Assembly (NCBI GenBank): GCA_000002445.1
Contig: CH464491.1
Span: forward strand, 352,001 to 416,000
Reading direction: 5' to 3'
DNA length: 64,000 bases
Source: Trypanosoma brucei
Taxonomy: Eukaryota
The stretch's first letter is position 1; each line of letters starts with the position of its first letter. Positions 1-11,593 of the stretch are shown one piece after another. The notes under the pieces were generated by a model, which searched no databases, was not told where the DNA came from, and saw only the letters and a list, made by a program, of their open reading frames with translations. A program made the translations under genes and the position numbers.

Positions 1-232
1 TCAGTTGCAGCGCCGAGAAAAATTTTTGAGACAGAATTATCTTCGATGGAATGAGCGTGCTGCTCTCGTCATGCAGCATCTGCAGGATGTCTTTCCGCCT
101 GATGGACGTTGCACACTTTCGGGAGAGAAACCTTGCGGGTTCCTCCCCACGCTTGCTCCATTTCTTGTTAACAAGCGCGGAAATCAGCAACAGAAGAGAG
201 CTAACACCGTAGGTTCTAACAAGGTTTCATAA
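1..232 (+). CDS. 3' end of an upstream gene. The open frame enters from the window edge and stops at TAA 230-232. Product unknown.
   Basis: Frame 2 is open from nt 2. The track ORF 5..232 begins at a TTG, not an ATG, so the frame most likely continues from before the window. It has the same + orientation as the rest of the array. Confidence 0.3.
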   Translation, partial: QLQRREKFLRQNYLRWNERAALVMQHLQDVFPPDGRCTLSGEKPCGFLPTLAPFLVNKRGNQQQKRANTVGSNKVS

Positions 233-2692
233 GCAACCGCGTGGCCGAATGGTGATTTTTCTTTTTTTTTAAAAAAAAAGAGGCATACGTCTCTTGGTGT
301 TCATTGTAAATAAATAAACGTATATATAAATGTAAATATATGCCACTTTGTTGAAGTGTACTCGTATAAAAGTTTTTTTTGTTTGTGTCTCTTTGCGCGG
401 GTGTTTTCTTATATATAAACATATACAAATCCTCATGTGTGCACAAGGTGTAGACCTCTTTCAACAGGACGAAAAACGATATACTTTTTATACTTCGTGT
501 GCCATCATCGATCAAACAAATCAAAAAGGAAAGATGTGGTTTATGCAGCGGGAAGTGGCAAATTTCTTTTTTCGTTTGCTCATTTCTTTAATATTTCAGT
601 TTAATTGTGTAGGTTATACTGGAATAGAAGGGATTGAAAAGGGAAAAGAAATACATACGAGAGAGGAGGAGTGGTGGAGGTGAACAGGTGTGAATGACAC
701 AATTTTTTTTTCTAAATTTCTCTTCCACTGTGCTTCAGTAGAGGAGTTAAAAAACGGAAGAAGGGGAGAACATTGTGCATGAAATTATGAGAAGACAAAA
801 AAGGAAGAAGGAAATACCAGAATAAAATATTTAATTTTTTTTGAAATATACACGCTTATATTTTTTTCCCCCTGTTTTTAAAATCCTACCCCTTTTTTTC
901 CTATATTTTTCTTTTGCGTGCATGATTGATTTCGCTCACTCCACTTGCGTCTCCCCGTGGATGGAATGGTTGGAAATTTAAAATATTAAGTGAAAACTAA
1001 AGCACAAATACGACATTAAAAGCGCTGGACAAGGTGGAAGGAGAATGAACGTGTGTGTTTGTGTGTGTTGGGTGTCAAAAGATGAAAATTAAGAACAAAA
1101 ACATTACGTATATAACTAATTATAAATATGAACAAATATATAATCATGTATAAACGGATAAATATATGTATTCGAATGTCAAACTAGAAGAGAAGGCAGG
1201 GAAGGTATCCTTATAATTTATTCGTTGGGTGCGGTTGGCGACGTAAGTGTTCGATATCACCTCTCTTCTGCCGCTGCCCATGTGCTTTATTATTTTAGAC
1301 GCGTGCGCCTGCAGGCGCATCATCCGGAAATTATTTTTTAAATTTCCTATTATACTTTACTGCGTTGTTGACGCTGTGGAACAGCAGCCGTCACGCAACT
1401 CGCACACGTTATCTTCTTCTCACTCTTTGGGGGAAAAAAAGGGAAAAGAATTAAAGGAGTAAAGGTGAGAAAGAAGAAAAGAAGAAAGACCTAAACTTTG
1501 GGTACACGTCAGTGATTTTTTTTTTTTAAATTCAAGTTGTTGTTGCTTTTGTTGGTTCCTTTTGCTAATGAACGGGAGCGGATATGCCATATCATCTTTT
1601 ATTGCGTTTCTGCTTTTATTGTGCTCGGTTGCTCGTTGGAGTGGGGCACATTGAGCGGCGTTTAATATGCTGTCAGTAGAGAGAAGGAAATAAAGAAAAA
1701 CGAAGGGGAGAAAATAAGAAACGAAAGAAAAGGATATAAAATAGCAAATGGATACCCGCATGGTAATCATTTGTCCCTCGTGTTTGTGTGCACGAATTTA
1801 TACTTTTTTTTTGCGCGTTATCATCGTTTTGTTATGCGTTGGTGGGTGCGCATGAATAGAGAGAGAAAAGGAAACGATGCGTGTACTCGTGTAAAAGTGA
1901 GGATGACTCATCTAATCCCACGTATTTACTTCAATATATTACACCACAAGTGTGATTTTCTCCCCCCCCTTTTTAAAAAATTCCTTTATTGTTATACGCC
2001 CTTCTTTTTTTTCTTTTTACTCAACCAACTTCTCGCTTATCGAGACGACAGCTCTTTATGTTTTTGTGTTTGTATTGTATTATTACCTCAATACATGCAA
2101 TCTATTCTATTTATCATCTTCTCTTCTTTTCTTTTTTTTTTCGTGTTGTGTGTTTAATCGAATTGGAGCGTTTTTGCATGCACATCGCCCCCTTTTCCCT
2201 TCTTTTCTTTTTTTTTTGCTTTACTTCTTTTCTTTAGTCCTTCTCTTCTACCGTCACGATCATTCCCCCTCTCTTGTTATTTACTGGGGGAGGGAAACTG
2301 CCGCAGTTGATGATAAAGGGTGCAAGGAGCGAAATAAATTAACATATATATATATATATGTTTATACGCCTACCTGTAATGTATATGTATGTATACCCAC
2401 ATCACACTCTTTTTTTGTTGCTTTTGGTGATGCGCTTGTTAACCGCAATATGCGAATGGATATGCCCTCTTCTGGTGCTCTTTTAGAGCCTTTGTTCTTT
2501 CTCTCACTTTCTTACAAATCATTGAAATTTTTGGTTTATTATTATGCAAGTACTTGTTTGTTTTTTTCACTTCCCTCATTTCTCATCGGACAGTTGCGTT
2601 TGCATTCTTTTCTTTTCTTTTTTTCTTAATTGTATTCCCCCCTCCCCCTTGGCACTGAAGTTAGTGTATGGGAGGAAATAGTTGAGAATACA

Positions 2693-3940
2693 ATGAGTCA
2701 CACAATGACAAATGCTTCTACTCTCATGAGCATAACAGTTTGCGACCCCAACATGAAAGGTACAGGATTGGAAATGGAATGTTTACGTCCATCCATGCAC
2801 ATTCCCGAACTGGTGCTCATTCCTCCCATTTATGTGTTGATAATATCGGGGTTTCTTTGCACTTTAGTTAATGCCTTCTTCAACTACGTGTCTTTCGGGC
2901 GGAGCAGCATCACAACCGCTATGGAAAAACACACTCGTGTGAAAATGCTTATTCACCATTCACTTATCGTCCGAGATATGGAGGGGCACACCAGCGTGTC
3001 GAGGAGGGACAATATTTACAATGAAACTGATCATCTACTAACTCATAGTAATGTTAGCGTAGACCATAATGACAGCGCTGTTTTCTTTCAGGGAATATTA
3101 AATTCTGATGCTTTAGGGTTCGAATCACCAAGAGTTCCCGCCTCCGTGGCGGACGAGGCGCTATATGGTTCGTTGGAATGTATCCGACGCGTAGGACAGC
3201 AAATTGTATTTTCACACAACCCCAAGTATATGATCATATCGATCACGAAAAGTTTGGTGATGCTCTTGGTGTTACAATACCATTTTGACTACAATGGAGG
3301 GTGGGACAGGTTTGTAGTGTGTACGGCTGCGAACTTGATGAGTGGTTTGCTTACTCCCGTTTTGGAGTATGGTGCCGAGTTCCTGTTACAACTCGACCCC
3401 GATAGCAATCTAAAGGTTGCTCAGGAGCACGATGAATTGGATGATGTGGTACTTATTTCGAGAATACTCACGCGGATCGGTGAATTCAAGTTGGAAGACC
3501 TTGAAACGGTTTTGGTGCAGGGCTGTACATTTATTGTCTTTGGTGCGGTTCTCCTGCCTCCGGTATTTGTCTTTTGTTTGGTGGGTGCTGCTATGTTTTT
3601 GTGGTTGTTCGGACCGTTGTGGTTCGCTTACGGATACTTCCGTCACCTTTACTATAAGCCAAGGCAAAGCAAAGGGTTGTCATCTCCGAATGCCCGCGGG
3701 TGGCTGCGTATTACCCCATTCCGTGAACTTGCGAGGATAGTGTTATTAAAAGCAGTGACGTTGTTTTTACTTCAGTGGACAGTTCAATGCAGTTTTTTGC
3801 TCGGTTTGATGTTGTTGCAAGGTGAAAGCTATTTGAAGGCTCTCCATTTAGAGGTGAAACATCAGTTATGGAGATGGAATAACCCTCTGAAGATGGGTGG
3901 TTTCCGACTTCTTTGCCTTGTCAGCCAACTTTTGTTTTAG
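2693..3940 (+). CDS. Hypothetical polytopic membrane protein (about 415 aa from the first ATG)
   Basis: Long + ORF whose track start (2630) is a TTG; the first in-frame ATG is at 2693 (MSHTMTNAST). It has several hydrophobic helix-length segments (LVLIPPIYVLIISGFLCTLVNAFF, IVFGAVLLPPVFVFCLVGAAMFLWLFGPLWFAY, VTLFLLQWTVQCSFLLGLMLL) and a non-repetitive composition. No motif recognised. Confidence 0.4.
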   Translation: MSHTMTNASTLMSITVCDPNMKGTGLEMECLRPSMHIPELVLIPPIYVLIISGFLCTLVNAFFNYVSFGRSSITTAMEKHTRVKMLIHHSLIVRDMEGHTSVSRRDNIYNETDHLLTHSNVSVDHNDSAVFFQGILNSDALGFESPRVPASVADEALYGSLECIRRVGQQIVFSHNPKYMIISITKSLVMLLVLQYHFDYNGGWDRFVVCTAANLMSGLLTPVLEYGAEFLLQLDPDSNLKVAQEHDELDDVVLISRILTRIGEFKLEDLETVLVQGCTFIVFGAVLLPPVFVFCLVGAAMFLWLFGPLWFAYGYFRHLYYKPRQSKGLSSPNARGWLRITPFRELARIVLLKAVTLFLLQWTVQCSFLLGLMLLQGESYLKALHLEVKHQLWRWNNPLKMGGFRLLCLVSQLLF

Positions 3941-4178
3941 GTGTACCGCACTGCACTGGTGGCTTTTGTGTACCAGTACGTAAACCGGTACAAATTTCCC
4001 GGTTTTCCAAATCACTTCTTCATTTTGTGAAGCATAGTTGCCTGTTGCGCTTCGCTCTTCCCTTTGAATGGTTGGCGATATTGTGACACGTTTCTGTAAC
4101 TTTCATTGCTGCTTTCTCCGCTTTCTTATATCTACTGTAAAGCATCCGCAATTTTTTTTTTGGTGCTACTGATTTCCC

Positions 4179-6803
4179 ATGCGGCGTTGGCACCGTTCAC
4201 TGAATCCTGCACTTTTCGGTGAGCGCGGGTCGGGCCATTATTTTTCGACCACGAGGGCCCGCCTTCAGCTTCAAGCACAAGACCGCATCATTTGTGGAAC
4301 GCATGGCGCCGGAATTGTGGCTCATCAAACTGCAGTTAATTCTTCGGATAATCCCATGCTTAGTTCCGTTACTACTGCTGCTCCTGCTGCGGATTTGAGT
4401 CGGACGAAACCACATGAAGGTACCGGCACTAGTGAGAGAGACCCTTACATCCGCACCCTTCACAATCAGCGGAGCGCGGCGCCCGAAAGCTCCGTATTGC
4501 AGTCGCACACGGTGAATGCCCCAACGGTGGATGAGTGCGAGATGCTTGCAGAAAGGTGGGGAACCATGAACTATTGGCATAACGATACATTTCCGCGCCT
4601 TGTGGTGCTCTTAAAGAAGTTGTTAGTCCCTGACGTGTCTCCACTTTCGCCCACTGCGGAGTCACTTTTGTCAATGTTCGAGAAGGTTGTGATACCAAAG
4701 CTAACATCGGATGAGGAAGACAGACGGAAACTTGTTTCCTTGTGGTCTGAAACGACACTGCAAGCTGAGGCAGCAGTCACAAAATTCTTATTTCAACGAG
4801 GGTCGTTTGAGTCAATGTTGCACCGCATAATCACCGATGCACTAGAGAAGATGAGCACCTTAGCGCTTGGTGGTCAGGAAGGGAATTTGGCACTGGAAGC
4901 CTTGAAGCGCCAAACACTATTCAAGCGGAACGATTTCATTCAAAAGCGATTGATTGATGTAGTGAGTAACAGTGCTTACCTTGGGTATGGTGATTCAGTA
5001 TGGCAAGTTTTTTTTGCAGCCGTGGAGGCAAATGAGGAAAACTTGCTCAGCGACCGGGCCACCACAGATGCCATTCGTGCCGCCTGGGAGGGAGTTATGC
5101 GAGAAGATGTTGTTCGTCTGCCGGATGTCACTGGAGTTGTAGCACTGTATCTCACGCTCGTATGCATTAGGGAAAGTGGACGCCTCGTTCCGGTGGAACT
5201 AAAGGAACTTTCCTCTGGTTTGGAAGATGGCGTTCGACCCGGCGTGAGAAAACTGCAGCAATATCCTCTGATTTTCCTTCATCCTACGGTAAAGCGTCGG
5301 TTTGTTGTAAAGGCTGTTGCTGAGATTCTCCACAATTCATCTTCAAATGCTTTCTCGAATATGCTTCGGGAAAATGGTTTACATGATACAGCTCGAGAAG
5401 TTGCGCTATGCGAGGCCATGAACAGGAACAAAGAACTTGCTGAAGGCGATGTTGGTGACGCCGTAGGCCGCTTTGTAAGTAAGGGTGAGGTCAAGACACT
5501 GCTTTCATCCCTCGTCAGTGGTACGGACGCCGTTGTGCGTGATGCAGTTGCCGGTATCTTTGGTATAGGCACCACAATCACCATTGATTGGGACGCCGTT
5601 ATGCAAAATGTTGACTGGTCGAACAACTGGCAGCGGCTGGCTACTGCTTTGCTTAGTAATTCAGCTGTTTTGTCGGCAATCGTCAAACTCGTGAAGAATG
5701 CGATTGGTGCTAAGGGAATGTCGAAGCATCTATTTACTGATGAGTATGCAGACCAGTTGCAACTTATTTTGGATGCTCGCGAAGAAAGAGCGGCGTCAAG
5801 GAAACAGAGGATCGAAAACATCGCTCAAGAACTCTCTTCCTTTGAGAGGGTCGATTTGAGTTGTGACCTTCTCCGGAAACTGGGTGTCGATATGACAGAG
5901 TTGGACACGGCAGCCGCGGCAACGCGGAACATGAATGTTGTGCAGAGACCATGCATAGAAGACGGTCTGCTTTCACTCGTGTTGGAAGCTGTGACTAAGC
6001 GCCACCCGAATTGGGTGAAGGCGGGAGTTATACAGACGACTCTCAAAGACCCATTTGACGCGCTGCGGTGGATGATGCACATTTTTATTCGTCTTTCGTA
6101 CGTTCCGCATGCTGGTGCAGCGACCATCGCGCGACTTTCTCGACGCCGCATTGGACCAATTGGGTTGGAACCGCATCAGTTCAACGTCCCTGCGGAACTT
6201 GGTTTCGTAGAGCAGTACGACAATTTGCAGTACAAACGGTACGATTGGCAGGGATGGTACCAGCGCATGTTAGATGTGCACAACCGAAACGTATCGCTAC
6301 GCTGCCGGATTTGCGACTTGCAACGTCTGGACGGCAACGGCGTGCAGTTTGTTGACATGCAGACGGAGCGTAGATTGCGTATATTAGCACAACATCGGGT
6401 TGGAATGGGTGTGCTTAAGTTGGACGCTGATAAATATGAGGATCAGGCGGATAACGTAACCTTCGGCACAACAAAACTATCAGAACTTCTTGCTGATGCC
6501 CGCAAAGCTCAGCTGGGTGAAGAGTACTGGCCTTCCGTCGAGCTGAAGGTGCGCAAACCAAGTGGACAGAGTAAAGCGCACTATTCACTCATTGACAATG
6601 AACGGATTGAGAAACGGAGTAGGGAACTCTACGAAAAGTACCGTGACGCCAAGAAGCGTAGTCTGTTCGTAACACCCATGGAAACATGGTTGGAAGTGAA
6701 GGGAATGCAGGTAAGGAAGTCAGTGGATAATGCCGACGAAGATGGGTACACTCTCGATGCACTTCAAGATATGATGGATGGGGACGACGAGGACAAGGTT
6801 TAA
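4179..6803 (+). CDS. Hypothetical protein, 874 aa, with an Arg-rich N-terminus (possible organellar presequence)
   Basis: Genuine ATG at 4179 preceded by a T/C-rich tract (4089-4178). The 2.6-kb uninterrupted + ORF has complex composition. No family motif recognised by eye. Confidence 0.7.
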   Translation: MRRWHRSLNPALFGERGSGHYFSTTRARLQLQAQDRIICGTHGAGIVAHQTAVNSSDNPMLSSVTTAAPAADLSRTKPHEGTGTSERDPYIRTLHNQRSAAPESSVLQSHTVNAPTVDECEMLAERWGTMNYWHNDTFPRLVVLLKKLLVPDVSPLSPTAESLLSMFEKVVIPKLTSDEEDRRKLVSLWSETTLQAEAAVTKFLFQRGSFESMLHRIITDALEKMSTLALGGQEGNLALEALKRQTLFKRNDFIQKRLIDVVSNSAYLGYGDSVWQVFFAAVEANEENLLSDRATTDAIRAAWEGVMREDVVRLPDVTGVVALYLTLVCIRESGRLVPVELKELSSGLEDGVRPGVRKLQQYPLIFLHPTVKRRFVVKAVAEILHNSSSNAFSNMLRENGLHDTAREVALCEAMNRNKELAEGDVGDAVGRFVSKGEVKTLLSSLVSGTDAVVRDAVAGIFGIGTTITIDWDAVMQNVDWSNNWQRLATALLSNSAVLSAIVKLVKNAIGAKGMSKHLFTDEYADQLQLILDAREERAASRKQRIENIAQELSSFERVDLSCDLLRKLGVDMTELDTAAAATRNMNVVQRPCIEDGLLSLVLEAVTKRHPNWVKAGVIQTTLKDPFDALRWMMHIFIRLSYVPHAGAATIARLSRRRIGPIGLEPHQFNVPAELGFVEQYDNLQYKRYDWQGWYQRMLDVHNRNVSLRCRICDLQRLDGNGVQFVDMQTERRLRILAQHRVGMGVLKLDADKYEDQADNVTFGTTKLSELLADARKAQLGEEYWPSVELKVRKPSGQSKAHYSLIDNERIEKRSRELYEKYRDAKKRSLFVTPMETWLEVKGMQVRKSVDNADEDGYTLDALQDMMDGDDEDKV

Positions 6804-7412
6804 ACAGCTTTGTTGAGGTCTCCATTATCTAGTTGAGAGATTTTTTATCGTAATAGTGTAGTCATTATACGCAGTTTATATTTGTTTCCCCTCCCCCAGA
6901 GGTTTATGTGTAATGGTCACACGACAGGAGAGCACAACGTCTGTGCGAATATATGGTGTACTGTTCCCGTTGGAGCAGTTGTTGGGAGACAGAGAAGTGC
7001 TACGGAAAGGAAAGGGGTCACACTCTGGAAGTCGAAAATGAAGTAAGTACCTTCATTGTCTATGGTTTGAAGGTGGTGGATGAGTGGGATCTGTCCCCCC
7101 TTGTCGCCTTGTACGTGGGGATTTTCTTGCCACTATTTCACACAGTCTTTTTTTTTGCCTTTACCTGAGATACTTGGTTGCCTCTTCTACATTGAATACT
7201 GTTCCGCGGTTGAATAGTAAAGACGCAGTCGAAGTGGGCTTCAATAGTGTCATCAGTTACTAAGCGATCATCTTGCTTACAATATCGGAAACATCTCCGA
7301 CTGAAGCCAACACAGACAGAAAAGGCTCGGCGTATCGTGAATACCATTGTGACTCTTATTTACGGCCGCTTCAGTCTACATCGGCAGTCTTCAACGTTGA
7401 GACGTGCCAGTA

Positions 7413-10298
7413 ATGGAGGAGAACAACGCAACTACAGGGCAGAAGCGAAGGCGCAGAAAAAACAAACGAGGACGGGAAGCTCAGCGGCCCACTGATTCAG
7501 ATGAACTCCAGCCTCTCGTTTCCTATGGTTCGTTGGCACAAACTCCCCTCTTAGCGGAAGAGCAGTCAGTGGGAGCAGTGAGCTTGAGCGCGCAGACGGC
7601 TGCTGCACCTTCCCCTGTCGTTGTGCCGGAGTTTACGGAAGCCGCTAAGAGTTCACCAAGTAGTGTTCAATTGCTGGGTGGTAGTACTGTCGCTCTGGTC
7701 GATAAGACGGTGGAAAGCCACTTCAGCCTCCACGGCCTTCCGTGTGCATCGTGCGCTTCGCATATTGAATCTCACATCGGTGAAATGGGTGGTGTGGCGC
7801 AAGTTACTGTGAACTTTGCATCTTCTCATGCTGTCGTCGTCCACAATCCTCATGTGGTGGGGGCAAGTCGCATCACGGAGGAAATGGAAGCAATGGGATA
7901 CACCGCTGTACTGATCTCCGCCCATTCAGACGATGCCGAACAGTTAGATAACTTGGGGGTGAGGGAATTTGAGCTGCTCATTGGTGGAATGACTTGTGGT
8001 TCATGCGTTTCAAGAGTGCAGTCGGCTCTTCTGGAGATCGATGTCGTGAAAAGCTGCACGATTAACTTTTCGACAGGTACCTGTAAATTAACTATGACCG
8101 GGGGTCGCGACTCTCTGAACTGCGTACAAGAAGAGGTGAAAAAGCTGGGTTACACTGCAACACCTTTGGAGGAGCGAGGGTCGGGAAATGCAGTGGATGT
8201 TATGAAAGAAGCTCTTGAGCGAACGAAGGAAATTCAGGCCCATAAGCGTGCCTTTGTCTTATCCGCCGTTTTGGCGACGCCGCTAGCTGTCTTTATGATC
8301 TTGATGACTGTCACCAAGTACTTCGAGGACATTACTACCATGGTCATCGTCAACACTATTCAACTATACCTCGCAACACCCATCGTTTTTTACTGTGGTT
8401 CTGGTTTCTTTTCTCGCGCGTGGGTTAATCTGAAACACCGTACGTTTACAATGGATACGTTAGTTGCCCTCGGCGCAGGCTGTTCCTATCTTTATTCGGT
8501 GGCGGGGCTGATCACAATGTTTTTAATGAAGCGGCACGTTACAACATATTTTGACACAGCGGGGATGTTAGTGGCTTTTATGTTACTCGGCCGCTACCTG
8601 GAGGCGTACGCTAAGCGTCATACTAATGATGCTCTCATTAAGCTCATGAACCTTGTTCCACCGACGTCACTTGTTGTCACTCCCGCAGGTGATGTTTCGA
8701 TGCCGTCCTCGACTGTAAAAAAGGGAATGCGAGTTCGCGTGCTCGCCGGTGACCGCGTTCCAGTTGACGGCGTACTTGTGGAAGGAAATTCCGACGTCGA
8801 TGAGCAGATGGTAACTGGAGAATCAGTGCCAAAACCTGTAAGTGCTGGCGGGACTGTTGTTGGTGGTACCACGAACCTCACGGCCATGATCGTCATAGAG
8901 GCAACAAAGGTTGGTGAGGAGGCCGTGTTGTCCCAAATCCTTCGCGTAGTTCGGGAGGCCCAGAACAGTAAACCGGCTATTCAGCGGATTGCCGACAAGG
9001 TTGCAGCCCGATTTGTTCCCGCTGTTATTATCTTTTCCCTGGTTGTCTTAGCGGTTTGGTTACTTCTTGGGGCTTTCAACCTTTACCCGAGTGAGTGGCG
9101 TGGAAACAATGAATCGACAACGGTCTTTGCGTTTGACTTCTTCATTGCGACGATTGTCGCAGCCTGCCCTTGCGCCCTTGGCTTGGCAACGCCTACGGCC
9201 ATTATGGTGGGAACTGGTGTTGGGGCAAAACATGGAATACTGGTTAAATGTGGGATGACTCTCGAGGCTATGCGCCGCACTCGCTGCGTTGTGTTTGACA
9301 AAACGGGAACCATTACGAACGGTACCTTGTGCGTTGTATTCCAAAGGCGCTGGGGTAATGGCGCCGATGCAGCAGTTGACGCGGTAGGGGCAGTTGAACA
9401 ACGGTCGAATCACCCAATCTCTCGAGCAATCGCGGTTTGCGTTGCCTCTGATCCTAAAAGTCAAGTAGCCGCCTATGAAGTAGTGACTTCCACGGTACAC
9501 AGCGGCCTCGGTGTGAAGGCAACGGTACAACGCAAGGACAGCGGTCACCAACTTAACGTTTTCATTGGTAACATGGACATGATGTTGAGTTCCGGTATTG
9601 ATGTTTCTGGGGAAGTGGCTAAGGTTGTGCGTTGGCAGATGGGGCTTGGCCGAACAGTCACTCTCGCTGCCGTTGATGGAAGCGTACGATTTCTTGCTGC
9701 TCTGGCAGATGAGCCAAAGGCAGAAGCTGCTGGTGTCATTCGATTCTTAAAGCGACAAAACATTCGTGTTTTCATGGTAACAGGCGACAATCCCGGCGTC
9801 GCAGCGGCTGTAGCGCAAGCAGTGGGGATTTCTCAGGAGGATGTCTATGCAGGTGCCCTTCCTGTCACCAAGGCTGCTGTTGTGAAGGCGTTTCAGGAGG
9901 AATATCGGGATGTTGTGTTTGTGGGCGATGGAATAAATGACGGCCCAGCACTGGCGCAAGCGAGTGTGGGTGTTGCCCTTGGTGCGGGTACTGAAATTGC
10001 CATTGAAGCTGCCGATGCGGTGCTGGTGCGAAACAGTTTAGTTGACTTGCTAAATCTTCGAGCACTTTCCATTACAACAGTGCGCCATGTTTACGGTAAT
10101 TTTATGTGGGCCTTTGGCTACAACGTGTTGATCCTCCCACTAGCAAGCGGGATGTTGTATCCTTTTCTGCACGTAAGGGTGCCCCCTGTCGTCGCCGGGG
10201 TTGCAATGATTCTTTCGAGCCTTAGTGTGCTTATGTCTAGCCTTTCCATTCGCTGTTTCTCACCTTACAAACGGGAACAGTTCATTGATATCATTTAG
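7413..10298 (+). CDS. Copper-transporting P1B-type ATPase (heavy-metal P-type ATPase)
   Basis: Two N-terminal HMA-type CxxC metal-binding motifs (GLPCASCASHIE and GGMTCGSCVSRVQ). A transmembrane CPC motif (ACPCALGLATPTA) is present. The phosphorylation motif DKTGT (FDKTGTIT), the SNHP motif and the hinge GDGINDGPAL are all present. The track start 7404 is a GTG; the first ATG is at 7413. Confidence 0.9.
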   Translation: MEENNATTGQKRRRRKNKRGREAQRPTDSDELQPLVSYGSLAQTPLLAEEQSVGAVSLSAQTAAAPSPVVVPEFTEAAKSSPSSVQLLGGSTVALVDKTVESHFSLHGLPCASCASHIESHIGEMGGVAQVTVNFASSHAVVVHNPHVVGASRITEEMEAMGYTAVLISAHSDDAEQLDNLGVREFELLIGGMTCGSCVSRVQSALLEIDVVKSCTINFSTGTCKLTMTGGRDSLNCVQEEVKKLGYTATPLEERGSGNAVDVMKEALERTKEIQAHKRAFVLSAVLATPLAVFMILMTVTKYFEDITTMVIVNTIQLYLATPIVFYCGSGFFSRAWVNLKHRTFTMDTLVALGAGCSYLYSVAGLITMFLMKRHVTTYFDTAGMLVAFMLLGRYLEAYAKRHTNDALIKLMNLVPPTSLVVTPAGDVSMPSSTVKKGMRVRVLAGDRVPVDGVLVEGNSDVDEQMVTGESVPKPVSAGGTVVGGTTNLTAMIVIEATKVGEEAVLSQILRVVREAQNSKPAIQRIADKVAARFVPAVIIFSLVVLAVWLLLGAFNLYPSEWRGNNESTTVFAFDFFIATIVAACPCALGLATPTAIMVGTGVGAKHGILVKCGMTLEAMRRTRCVVFDKTGTITNGTLCVVFQRRWGNGADAAVDAVGAVEQRSNHPISRAIAVCVASDPKSQVAAYEVVTSTVHSGLGVKATVQRKDSGHQLNVFIGNMDMMLSSGIDVSGEVAKVVRWQMGLGRTVTLAAVDGSVRFLAALADEPKAEAAGVIRFLKRQNIRVFMVTGDNPGVAAAVAQAVGISQEDVYAGALPVTKAAVVKAFQEEYRDVVFVGDGINDGPALAQASVGVALGAGTEIAIEAADAVLVRNSLVDLLNLRALSITTVRHVYGNFMWAFGYNVLILPLASGMLYPFLHVRVPPVVAGVAMILSSLSVLMSSLSIRCFSPYKREQFIDII

Positions 10299-11593
10299 AA
10301 TTGGTGAAAGAATACTCAACAACGGCACTAATAATTGTGATGAAAAATAATGGTAATAACAACGGTAATAATAACGGGTGAGGAGAAGGAGACAAGGAGT
10401 ATGATAGTTTTATATATTTTAATATGCAGAAAACTTTTGCGTGCGTGCGTGTGTGTGTGTAGAGGGGGGTGGGAGGAGCGGTTACATGCGGGGGAAATAC
10501 TTTCAGTGGCCGAGACCAGATTTTACTGGCCGGAAAACATACCAAATTCACTACTGTGCTCAGTTTATTATTGCGAATAGCTTATAGGAGCTACCTTCAC
10601 ATTTCTACAATGCGTTACTGTGAAGTACGGTGCAGGTCTCTGCGATTGCATTACGACCAAACAGAAGCTGAGAAGGGAGGAAACGCGGGCTATATTATGG
10701 TAGACATTTACAATCATGGAGTAAGCACTAATGACGAACACACATCCCAATGCCCTTTTTGATTTTGCGGGTCTGCTTTTATCTTATTTCTTAGTTGTTT
10801 ATGCCTTTAGTATACACCAAACATAAGTGTGCCACCGATGTAAAAGTCGTGATAATCCTTCATACACCACACATTTTTTCATGTGTTCACGTGATTTTAG
10901 GGCTTCTTCCTCCCTTCTTCTTTGGCTGCTGATGATGGCGGTGAAAAATCATTTTGGGGTGACAGACGGAACAGGTTCTGTTGTAATTGCGGTTCTTAGG
11001 GATATATAAATGTGTAGAATAAAAGCAGTGCTAGGGCACCAGGGGTTCCTTTTTTCTGAGTTTTTTGTGCTGATGTTTGTCGTGGAAGCTTCTTTCTTTT
11101 TTATGTTACACTGGATCTCCTCATTTACGCATTCGAGTAATTTATTTTCTGCCATTTGTATGTGCGTATACGCTTTTTAATTTTGTTTCTGTTCAATGTT
11201 TGTGGTTGTTTTTTTTTTTTAGGATGTTGAGTATTCATCAGTGTGTTCTCGACTTTACGGTTCCGCGTTACGCATCATAATGGGAAATGAAAGAAGGTCA
11301 AGGGGGGGGAGTTATATATATATATATATATATATACCATCTGCGTTGTTTGTTGACCCTTATTTTCCATGTTATTTCCCTTTTCTTATTTGTCTTTTTC
11401 CCTCTCCTTTTACCATTGTGCTCTTCCATGTCCCGTATTTTCTTTTTCCCCCCCCCATTGGGGTGCGATGGGAAACAAACAAACAAACAAAAAGATACTA
11501 GCAGCAACAGACGGCGGTAACCAGCCTCGGTTGAGGAATACAATAAAAGAAAAAAAAGATCTTGTAGCGTCGGCATAGGAGAAGTAACGAGAG

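Noticed and set aside
1771-2629. Overlapping + ORFs (1771..2157, 1952..2629, 1989..2237) encoding Phe/Leu/Ser-rich low-complexity peptides
   Set aside because: They are translation of poly-T/pyrimidine intergenic tracts, have no ATG-anchored start with sensible composition, and overlap each other in different frames.
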